A DNA stretch of 64,000 nt from an uncultured bacterium. GTDB taxonomy: Bacteria > Patescibacteriota > Patescibacteriia > UBA1558 > GWA2-36-10. Made by a program: the position numbers and the translations under genes. The notes below the pieces were generated by a model, which did not search any database, was not told the DNA's origin, and worked only from the letters and a program-made list of their open reading frames with translations. Of the stretch, positions 1 to 6,767 are shown one piece after another. The stretch spans positions 18,679 through 82,678 of the forward strand of contig CAINYB010000027.1 of the NCBI GenBank assembly GCA_903855135.1, read 5' to 3'. How positions within the stretch are numbered: position 1 is the stretch's first letter; each line of letters begins with the position of its first letter.

Positions 1-417
1 CCAGTTTAGTCTGACGAATTTGTGTTGTGATGTGGATACAAATTCGTACAAACCATCGCTGGTCAGGGGTGCTCTGAAATGGACTTGGCCCAAATCGACC
101 TTGATGCTGTCTGATGTCCACTTGTAGACATGCACGGGTTTCATCGGGTCATGGTTGATGATCCACGCCGACTTCTTGGGGTGTACCTGTCCAGCCCCAA
201 GGACGTTGTCATACTCTCCCATTGAGAGTGTCTGATCGTCAAGCATCAAGCAGAAATCTTCGGCGTCTTGCATCTGCACGAATGCCATGATGGTCGGACC
301 GAGCTTGATCATGCCGATGAAGAGCGAAATGATCGTGACTGCCGCTAGGAATATCCTACCGACATGGATCTTTTTCGGCTCCTTGTAAACACAGTAGGTG
401 TGGGTGGTGGCTTCCAT
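1..417 (-). CDS. hypothetical membrane protein, 5' end complete (rc ATG at 415-417), runs off window start
   Basis: GGAGGA Shine-Dalgarno 5 nt upstream of rc ATG; one predicted TM helix; ~52% GC, far above local background; not in ORF track because no stop inside window. Confidence 0.45.
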   Translation of the reverse strand, partial: MEATTHTYCVYKEPKKIHVGRIFLAAVTIISLFIGMIKLGPTIMAFVQMQDAEDFCLMLDDQTLSMGEYDNVLGAGQVHPKKSAWIINHDPMKPVHVYKWTSDSIKVDLGQVHFRAPLTSDGLYEFVSTSQHKFVRLNW

Positions 418-435
418 CTCCATCCTCCGTTGAGT

Positions 436-469
436 TGTCAAATTTGTGCGATTCAGCTATATACTATCA
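436..469 (+). promoter_or_regulatory. putative sigma70-like promoter upstream of rplU (TTGTCA-N17-TATATA)
   Basis: hexamers read directly; followed by ~140 nt leader before rplU ATG at 608. Confidence 0.4.
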
Positions 470-607
470 CATTTTAAGCTTTTTGTCAACCCCTTCGACT
501 TCGCTCAGGGCAAAACGCTAAATAAGCCCTTATTTAGCTATAAAACATTGACAAGTCTTGGTTTTTTTGTTAATCTACCATTACTTTTTATAAAATATAA
601 AAAATAT

Positions 608-925
608 ATGTTAGCAGTTATAAAAACCGGTGGAAAACAATATCAAGTCAAGACAGGTGATGTTTTGGCAATCGAAAAGCTACCTAAATCAGTGGCAGGC
701 GACAAGGTGGTTTTTGAGCAAGTTTTGTTATTAGTTGATGACAAAGATAATGTTACTATTGGTAATCCAGTGGTGAAAGATGCTAAAGTAGAAGCTAGCA
801 TTATTAAAAACTATCAAGATAAAAAAGTGACGGTGGTAAAATATAAGGCTAAAACTCGTTATAAGAGAACAGTTGGTCACCGCCAAGAAAAAGCTCAAGT
901 AAAAATTGAAAAAATAATTTCTTAA
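608..925 (+). CDS. rplU: 50S ribosomal protein L21
   Basis: MLAVIKTGGKQYQVKTGDVLAIEKL... classic bL21 N-terminus; ORF-track 446 start is an upstream in-frame extension, true ATG at 608. Confidence 0.9.
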   Translation: MLAVIKTGGKQYQVKTGDVLAIEKLPKSVAGDKVVFEQVLLLVDDKDNVTIGNPVVKDAKVEASIIKNYQDKKVTVVKYKAKTRYKRTVGHRQEKAQVKIEKIIS

Positions 926-928
926 AAT

Positions 929-957
929 AAATCCCCGCACAGCGGGGATTTATTTTA
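929..957 (+). terminator. intrinsic terminator after rplU (aatccccgcacagcggggatt + T-run)
   Basis: GC hairpin followed by TTTATTTT. Confidence 0.7.
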
Positions 958-971
958 CGGGTTTTCTTAGT

Positions 972-1001
972 TTATTAAAAATCTCCCCTTGGGGGAGATT
1001 T
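972..1001 (-). terminator. intrinsic terminator after recR (atctccccttgggggagat hairpin, T-run on minus strand)
   Basis: hairpin + AAAAAT on plus strand, which is a T-run on minus. Confidence 0.7.
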
Positions 1002-1598
1002 TTATATTTCTTTTCTATTTTCCAAAGCCGAGGATAAAGTAATTTCATCTGTATATTCGATATTAGCTCCCATTGGAATACCGCGAGCTAATTGGCTGAC
1101 TTTGACAGGAAATTTTTTTAAGTCTTTGCTTAGATATGTTTGCGTAGCTTCGCCTTCAAGACTTTGATCTAAAGCTAAAATAATTTCTTTTACTTTATCA
1201 TCTTTGATGCGTTTTTCTAATTCACTGATTTTCAGTCTATCTGGCGTAACACCTTCTAAGGGACTTAATAGACCATTTAAAAGATGATAAGTGCCATGGA
1301 ATTTACCGGTTTTTTCCACTGCTTCGATATCTTGATTATGAGCCACTACACATATGAGTTGTTGATCACGATTTGGATTGCTACAGATATTACACAAGCC
1401 AGCATCAGAAAGATTAAAACATTTTGGACAGAGGTGAATCTGATTATAAGCTTCAGTTAAAGCCTGAGCAAAATCTCGCATATCTTCTTTGCGATGCAAA
1501 AGATCAAAAGCCAAACGGGCAGCGGTCTTTGGACCGATGCCCGGCAATTTATCTAGCTCTGCTATGAGCTTTTGGATGAAGTTTGGCAAGTGTGCCAT
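1002..1598 (-). CDS. recR: recombination protein RecR
   Basis: HhH motif LPGIGPKTA, C4 zinc finger CPKC...CNIC, Toprim region; 198 aa. Confidence 0.92.
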   Translation of the reverse strand: MAHLPNFIQKLIAELDKLPGIGPKTAARLAFDLLHRKEDMRDFAQALTEAYNQIHLCPKCFNLSDAGLCNICSNPNRDQQLICVVAHNQDIEAVEKTGKFHGTYHLLNGLLSPLEGVTPDRLKISELEKRIKDDKVKEIILALDQSLEGEATQTYLSKDLKKFPVKVSQLARGIPMGANIEYTDEITLSSALENRKEI

Positions 1599-1602
1599 AT
1601 GA

Positions 1603-1896
1603 TTAATTCATGCCAGGAAATTTGAAATCGCCAGATTCTTGCATTTTCATGGCCATTTTTCGCTGGACTTTTTTGGTAGCGTCAGCAAAAGCTTCTTTAA
1701 GATATTTTTCTAAATCAGCTTTATGACTTGGGCTAAGCATTTCACTTTTTAGCTCAAAAGTTTTGATTTCTTGATTGCCATCCATGACCATTTTAACGGC
1801 TTTATTTTCTACTTCGACACTTTCTTTAGCCAACATACTTTTTAAATCATTGGCTTGTTTGCGTAAATCGTTGAATTGTTTTAGTTTATTGAACAT
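1603..1896 (-). CDS. ybaB: nucleoid-associated protein YbaB/EbfC
   Basis: 97 aa, YbaB family sequence, canonical ybaB-recR adjacency. Confidence 0.88.
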   Translation of the reverse strand: MFNKLKQFNDLRKQANDLKSMLAKESVEVENKAVKMVMDGNQEIKTFELKSEMLSPSHKADLEKYLKEAFADATKKVQRKMAMKMQESGDFKFPGMN

Positions 1897-1912
1897 ATTT
1901 TATTATTAATTT

Positions 1913-3331
1913 TTATTCCTCGTTTATATTTTGCCAGCCACTTAAGTTTTCTGGTGGCGGTGTATCTTGAGGGGGTGGAGTATTTGCTCCTTGATGAGTA
2001 CTGGTCATGCTACGGAAAGTGACTTTGTTTTCATCAAAGAATAAAGTGACCATGCCAGTCGGACCATTGCGGTGTTTTTCGATGTGGATTTCAGCCAAAT
2101 GCTTTTCATCTTCTGGACACTCGCGAGATTTATCTTTAGCTTTACGGTAGATAAACATGACGATGTCAGCATCTTGCTCAATGGATCCAGATTCACGCAA
2201 GTCAGCTAGTTTTGGGATAGCCGGTGATCTACTTTCTACGGCACGGGATAGCTGTGACAAAGCAATAACTGGTACATCGATTTCTTTAGCTAATTGTTTG
2301 AGAGAACGAGAAATTTCAGAAATTTCATTGACACGATTTTCTTTATCCCGGCCTTCCATCAGCTGTAAATAGTCGACGATGAGTAAACCTAAGCCATGTT
2401 CCATTTTTAAGCGTCGGGCTTTAGTGCGGATTTCCATGATATTGGAGTTTGCGGAATCATCGATGAAAATCGGCGCTTCAGATAAGACACCCATAGCGCG
2501 ACCAATGCGGGGGAAGTCATCATCTTCTTCTTTGTCTGACAGTTTACCAGTACGCATACGCCACAGGTCCACACCAGCTTCAGCCGCGAGTAATTTATCG
2601 ACTAGCTGTTCTTTAGACATTTCTAAAGAGAATATTCCCACCGACACTTTAGCGCGGATAGCGACATGACGGACCAAGTCTAAAGCAAGAGTTGTTTTAC
2701 CGATAGAAGGACGAGCAGCGAGGATGATGAGATCAGACTTTTGGAAGCCGGATAATAATTTATCTAGATCAGGATAGCCAGTCGGAACACCGCGGACGCC
2801 TTGGCCACCAGATTTATGTAATTCATCGATACGATTAAAAGTTTCACCTAAAATACTTTTGACAGCGACAAAGTTTTGTTTAAGTGAGTGTTGGGAAATT
2901 GCAAAAAGTTTTTGCTCAGCTTTGTCTAGCGTTTTTTCCACATCGTCTTCTTCGGCAAAAGAAAATTCAGCGATTTCGGCAGCGGCTGTTTCTAGCTGAC
3001 GTAAGATAGATTTTTTGCGGATGATATTAGCGTAGTTTTTTACATGCAAAGCATTTGGCACGATGCCGGTCAATTCTGCAATGTATGATTTACCGCCAAT
3101 AGTTTCTAGCTGTTTTTTTTCTGCTAAGCGATTTGAGACTGATAAAATATCCATTGGCTCATGTTGCTCTAGCAAGTCTAAAATAGCTTCGTAGATCAAG
3201 CCATGTTTATTGCTATAAAAATCACTGGGACGCAAAATATCGCCAATTTTAATAATGGCTTCTTTGTCGATCAATAAAGCTCCTAAAAGTGAGCTTTCTG
3301 CTTCTAGATTTTGTGGGGGTAGTTTATCCAT
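1913..3331 (-). CDS. dnaB: replicative DNA helicase DnaB
   Basis: N-terminal DnaB domain (LPPQNLEAESSLLGALL), Walker A GARPSIGKT, RecA-like core; Pro-rich C-terminal tail. Confidence 0.92.
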   Translation of the reverse strand: MDKLPPQNLEAESSLLGALLIDKEAIIKIGDILRPSDFYSNKHGLIYEAILDLLEQHEPMDILSVSNRLAEKKQLETIGGKSYIAELTGIVPNALHVKNYANIIRKKSILRQLETAAAEIAEFSFAEEDDVEKTLDKAEQKLFAISQHSLKQNFVAVKSILGETFNRIDELHKSGGQGVRGVPTGYPDLDKLLSGFQKSDLIILAARPSIGKTTLALDLVRHVAIRAKVSVGIFSLEMSKEQLVDKLLAAEAGVDLWRMRTGKLSDKEEDDDFPRIGRAMGVLSEAPIFIDDSANSNIMEIRTKARRLKMEHGLGLLIVDYLQLMEGRDKENRVNEISEISRSLKQLAKEIDVPVIALSQLSRAVESRSPAIPKLADLRESGSIEQDADIVMFIYRKAKDKSRECPEDEKHLAEIHIEKHRNGPTGMVTLFFDENKVTFRSMTSTHQGANTPPPQDTPPPENLSGWQNINEE

Positions 3332-3391
3332 AGGACCTGTTTTTTGATAAACTTAGCTTAACTTATTTTCCGGCTTTTTTCAAGCTATTTT

Positions 3392-3480
3392 TTAAAGTAC
3401 CCCGCCTATGGCGGGATGCACCTTTTGATTTTTTATTGTTGTGCAAAAAAAGAGCCCCGAAGCACATGCATTCGGGGCCT
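3392..3480. repeat. direct repeat copy A (~85 bp, two GC hairpins) flanking GC-rich element; partner copy at 3771-3860
   Basis: taccccgcctatggcgggatgca...gtgcaaaaaaaga...ccccg aligned by eye to 3771-3860, ~80% identity. Confidence 0.6.
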
Positions 3481-3740
3481 TGAGGGTTCACTGTGTAGCG
3501 TAGCTACGGTGGATGGTCTTGTTCCGGTTGCATGTCTGCCTCCAGGAAAGAGAGCGAGTCTCTGCCATCTGACGGGATAGTGGGTGGATGTTTGCCAGCA
3601 CATTCACAAAGTCTCTTGGAGCTGTACCATACGGCACTCTTGTCTGATGTTTGGGGCCAGGACAGTCCTTGAAAGCCTTGCTGATGTGTTTACCTCTGGT
3701 CGTCTGCTTTTGAAAAGCAGAATGGAAAGTACGATTTATA
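3443..3740 (-). ncRNA. candidate structured non-coding RNA of unknown class (~290 nt, ~50% GC)
   Basis: minus-strand promoter-like TTGACT-N16-TAGAAT at ~3746-3773; strong intrinsic terminator on minus strand (gccccgaa...ttcggggc + U-run, 3443-3480); many internal hairpins; only ORF here is a low-complexity GTG-start artefact. Confidence 0.4.
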
Positions 3741-3770
3741 TATTCTAGCACTTATATGACTTAAGTCAAG

Positions 3771-3860
3771 ATTTAAATACCCCGCCTACGGCAGGATGCA
3801 TTTTTATATTTTTGATTGTCGTGCAAAAAAAGAACCCCGCCACAAGTGAGGGTTTAGGGT
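3771..3860. repeat. direct repeat copy B (partner of 3392-3480)
   Basis: ataccccgcctacggcaggatgca...gtgcaaaaaaagaaccccgcc. Confidence 0.6.
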
Positions 3861-3880
3861 TTAAAGAAGATAAAATAAAT

Positions 3881-3900
3881 AAAAAACAGCCGTTTGGCTG
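3881..3900 (-). terminator. intrinsic terminator downstream of tRNA-Lys and its trailer (cagccaaacggctg + U6 on minus)
   Basis: hairpin + run of 6 A on plus strand. Confidence 0.6.
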
Positions 3901-3974
3901 ATTACTGGTCGCAGACCATCGTTCGACTTTGCTCACGATCTACGACGAGTGAGCTTTGTGGAACGAAGTCGAGT

Positions 3975-4050
3975 GGTGCGCCCAGCAGGATTCGAACCTG
4001 CGACCGTTTGCTTAAAAGGCAACTGCTCTACCAGGCTGAGCTATAGGCGC
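3975..4050 (-). tRNA. tRNA-Lys (anticodon UUU)
   Basis: cloverleaf read by hand: acceptor GCGCCUA/UGGGCGC, anticodon loop CUUUUAA, T-loop GGUUCGAAUCC, encoded CCA. Confidence 0.9.
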
Positions 4051-4084
4051 ATGAAATAAAATAAATTGTAAAATTACGTGCTTT

Positions 4085-4113
4085 ATTATAGGCGATATGT
4101 TTATTTGTGTCAA
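4085..4113 (-). promoter_or_regulatory. consensus sigma70 promoter for tRNA-Lys (TTGACA-N17-TATAAT on minus strand)
   Basis: rc of tgtcaa (4108-4113) and attata (4085-4090), 17-nt spacer, ~35 nt upstream of tRNA 5' end; preceded by argS terminator hairpin. Confidence 0.7.
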
Positions 4114-4160
4114 GAAAAGGACCGCCAATCCCGCCATGGGCGGGATTGGCGTAGGATAAA

Positions 4161-5981
4161 TTACATTTTATCAGGTGCTTGGATACCTAAGAAACCTAAG
4201 CCAGTTTTCAAGACTTTTTGACTGACTTGGCAAAGATTTAAGCGGAAATTTTGCTGATTTTTATTTTCAGTTTGTAAGACAGAGTGGAGCTGATAAAAAT
4301 TATTAAAAGTTTTAGCTAATTCAAATAAGTATTGCGTGACTAGGCTAGGATTATATTCTAAGGCTGATTTTTTAATAGTTTCAGGAAAGTTTAATAAAAT
4401 TTTAGCTAGTTTTTTCTCGCTGGCTTCTATTTTAAAATCTAAACTAAAATTGTAGTCAATTTTGTTATTTACTTTAGATAAGATATTTTGAATACGGGCA
4501 TGAGTGTATTGGACAAATGGTCCAGTGTAGCCATCAAAAGAAATGGAAGCTTGGGGATCAAAAATCATGTCTTTTTGCGGATTGACACCCAAGATAAAAA
4601 ATTTCAAAGCTCCCAAGCCAACGGTTTGAGAAATTTCTTCAATACTTGTTTGATCATGACTAATTTGCTTTTCTGCTTGGCTAATTATCTCTTTGGCTTT
4701 TTCTTCCATCTCGATGATCAAGTTATCAGCATCGACGACATTACCCTCACGAGATTTCATTTTGCCATCTGGTAAATTGACCATGCCGTAGGCTAGATGG
4801 TGCAAGTTTTCTGCCCAAGTAAAGCCTAATTTTTTTAAAATTAAAAATAATACTTGGAAATGGTAGTTTTGTTCATTGGCTACCACATAAATCATCTGGT
4901 TAAACTGAACTTCTTGATAACGTTTGTAAGCTACGGCTAAATCTTGGGTGATGTAGACAGAAGTGCCATCAGCACGCAAAACCAGTTTTTCATCTAGTTT
5001 GTCAGCCGTCAAATCTATCCAAACAGAATTATCTTCTTTTTTGAAAAAAATATTTTTGTCTAAACCGATTTTCACTAAATCTTTTCCTAGCAAATAATTT
5101 TCACTTTCATAATAAACTTTATCAAAACTGACGCTAAGATTTTTATAGGTTTCCGCAAAGCCAGCATAAACCCAATCATTCATGGTTTTCCATAAATCTC
5201 TGACAGCTGGATCATTTGCTTCCCATTTGATGAGCATCGCATGTGCTTCTTGCATCAAAGCTGATTGCGCTAAAAATTCATCATTGATTTTTCTTTGTTC
5301 TAATTCTGTTAAAGCCTTGTAGTCAATGTTATTTTTAGCTAAATATTCATCTTTTGCCTTTTTGAGAGCTTGTTCAAACATGACATAGTATTTGCCCACA
5401 AAATGATCACCTTTAGTTTTTGTGCTTTCCGGGGTTTCATTGTTAGCCCACTTTTGCCAAGCGAGCATGCTTTTGATGATGTGGATACCACGATCATTGA
5501 TGATGTTGACAGGAATCACTTCAAAACCACAAGCACGATAAAGATTGACTAAAGTTTGACCTAAGATGTCATTACGCACATGACCTAAATGTTGGGGCTT
5601 ATTAGTATTTGGTCCAGAAAATTCGATCATGATTTTTTGTTTTTTACCAAAATCATGATAGCCAAAGTTTGTTTGGCTATTTATTTCTGCTAAAGCATTT
5701 TTGACAAAATTTTCTGTGGCTAGTTTCAGATTCAAATACGGTCCAGCAAACTCTGCTTGAGAGACTAAATCATCGGCTTGGTATTTTTCCGCTAAAGTTT
5801 TAGCTACTTCGACTGGGTTTTGTTTTAAAAATTTGCCTAATTCAAAACAAGCAAAAGCATAATCACCAAGATTTTCATTTGGTGGTAAGTCTAGCTCCAG
5901 CTGATTTATTGGCCAGTCTATCTGAAAAGCTAAATCAATTTGTTTTTTTAAGTTGGCTTTAATTTGTTCTAAAGTAGTCAT
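4161..5981 (-). CDS. argS: arginyl-tRNA synthetase
   Basis: 606 aa class I aaRS; PQHLGHVRN (HIGH-like), GKMKSREG (KMSKS-like), ArgRS N-terminal add-on and DALR-like C-terminus. Confidence 0.93.
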   Translation of the reverse strand: MTTLEQIKANLKKQIDLAFQIDWPINQLELDLPPNENLGDYAFACFELGKFLKQNPVEVAKTLAEKYQADDLVSQAEFAGPYLNLKLATENFVKNALAEINSQTNFGYHDFGKKQKIMIEFSGPNTNKPQHLGHVRNDILGQTLVNLYRACGFEVIPVNIINDRGIHIIKSMLAWQKWANNETPESTKTKGDHFVGKYYVMFEQALKKAKDEYLAKNNIDYKALTELEQRKINDEFLAQSALMQEAHAMLIKWEANDPAVRDLWKTMNDWVYAGFAETYKNLSVSFDKVYYESENYLLGKDLVKIGLDKNIFFKKEDNSVWIDLTADKLDEKLVLRADGTSVYITQDLAVAYKRYQEVQFNQMIYVVANEQNYHFQVLFLILKKLGFTWAENLHHLAYGMVNLPDGKMKSREGNVVDADNLIIEMEEKAKEIISQAEKQISHDQTSIEEISQTVGLGALKFFILGVNPQKDMIFDPQASISFDGYTGPFVQYTHARIQNILSKVNNKIDYNFSLDFKIEASEKKLAKILLNFPETIKKSALEYNPSLVTQYLFELAKTFNNFYQLHSVLQTENKNQQNFRLNLCQVSQKVLKTGLGFLGIQAPDKM

Positions 5982-5992
5982 AAATATATTTT

Positions 5993-6085
5993 AACCCCCT
6001 CTGTATCTCCCCCTTCGTAAGGGGGAGAATAAGTTTAAAATTTTGTAGCTCCTCCCCTTGCGAAGGGGAGGACGGGAGGGTATTT
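5993..6085. repeat. GC-rich nested palindromic intergenic element (family member E1)
   Basis: taaccccctctg...ctcccccttcgtaagggggag...ctccccttgcgaaggggag...gggagggta; shares cccctctgt start with 61211 element. Confidence 0.55.
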
Positions 6086-6186
6086 TTATATAGCTAATTC
6101 TACTGATATTTAAGAAAAAAATCAAATAAAGAAGCCCCCGGCAGATGCTGGGGGCGTGTTGCGACCATTGTCACTTGTTTGAGAGA

Positions 6187-6570
6187 TTAGGATCGACGAC
6201 GGAGGATTTTGCCGAAGAAATCAGATTTATGTTTCGGTTCATTTTTTTCGTTCAAGCCCACGATCTGCCAGTCCTCGCAGAACGAGAGGTTTGTGTAGCT
6301 GTAGCAGTCAGGTAAGGCTTGGCGAACGCTGGTCCAAAAGAGAATCTCGATCGTTATCAGTTTATCATAAGCCATGTTTTGAAAATGTAAATGGCTATTA
6401 TATTCAGCTGATAGATCGACAAGTAGCCCGAAAAGTGGGCGTAGTTCGATTGGTAATATTCCTATGACTGTGCCTTTTTTAGATACTTGAGTATCGATTG
6501 GACATTCGATCATCATCATGTCGGCATATTCTGCCAGATCCTTTTCTATTTGTTCAAGAAAAGTTTGCAT
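6187..6570 (-). CDS. hypothetical cytoplasmic protein (127 aa), GC-rich, strong SD
   Basis: true start MQTFLEQ at 6570 with GGAGGACACC-ATG context; ORF-track upstream extension lacks RBS; ~45% GC. Confidence 0.55.
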   Translation of the reverse strand: MQTFLEQIEKDLAEYADMMMIECPIDTQVSKKGTVIGILPIELRPLFGLLVDLSAEYNSHLHFQNMAYDKLITIEILFWTSVRQALPDCYSYTNLSFCEDWQIVGLNEKNEPKHKSDFFGKILRRRS

Positions 6571-6743
6571 GGTGTCCTCCAGGTTTTGATGGTTGTTTCC
6601 AAATTGGAAAGAGCGACAGCTTATGGTAGTATAAAATTCATTTTTTGTCAATTCCGCCCCGGTGTCATCCTCGCGTATGCGGGGACCGGGGCGGAATAAA
6701 GAGTTAAATAAAATAAAAATAAAACATTTTCTTGATTAGCAAA

Positions 6744-6752
6744 TTTCTGGTA
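6744..6752 (+). promoter_or_regulatory. possible extended -10 element (TGgTATAAT) upstream of P-type ATPase
   Basis: ctggtataat 16 nt upstream of ATG at 6768. Confidence 0.3.
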
Positions 6753-6767
6753 TAATAAAAGTAATTT

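Noticed and set aside
446-607. N-terminal 54-codon extension of rplU in the ORF track
   Set aside because: Extension is composed of promoter, leader and dispersed-repeat sequence. Canonical L21 begins at MLAVIKTGG (608).
731-940. 69-aa minus-strand ORF inside rplU
   Set aside because: Antisense to a highly conserved ribosomal protein gene; hydrophobic low-complexity translation.
3488-3751. 87-aa minus-strand ORF in the ORF track
   Set aside because: GTG start overlaps the predicted -10 element; the translation is low-complexity and basic; the region behaves like a structured RNA (high GC, hairpins, own terminator).
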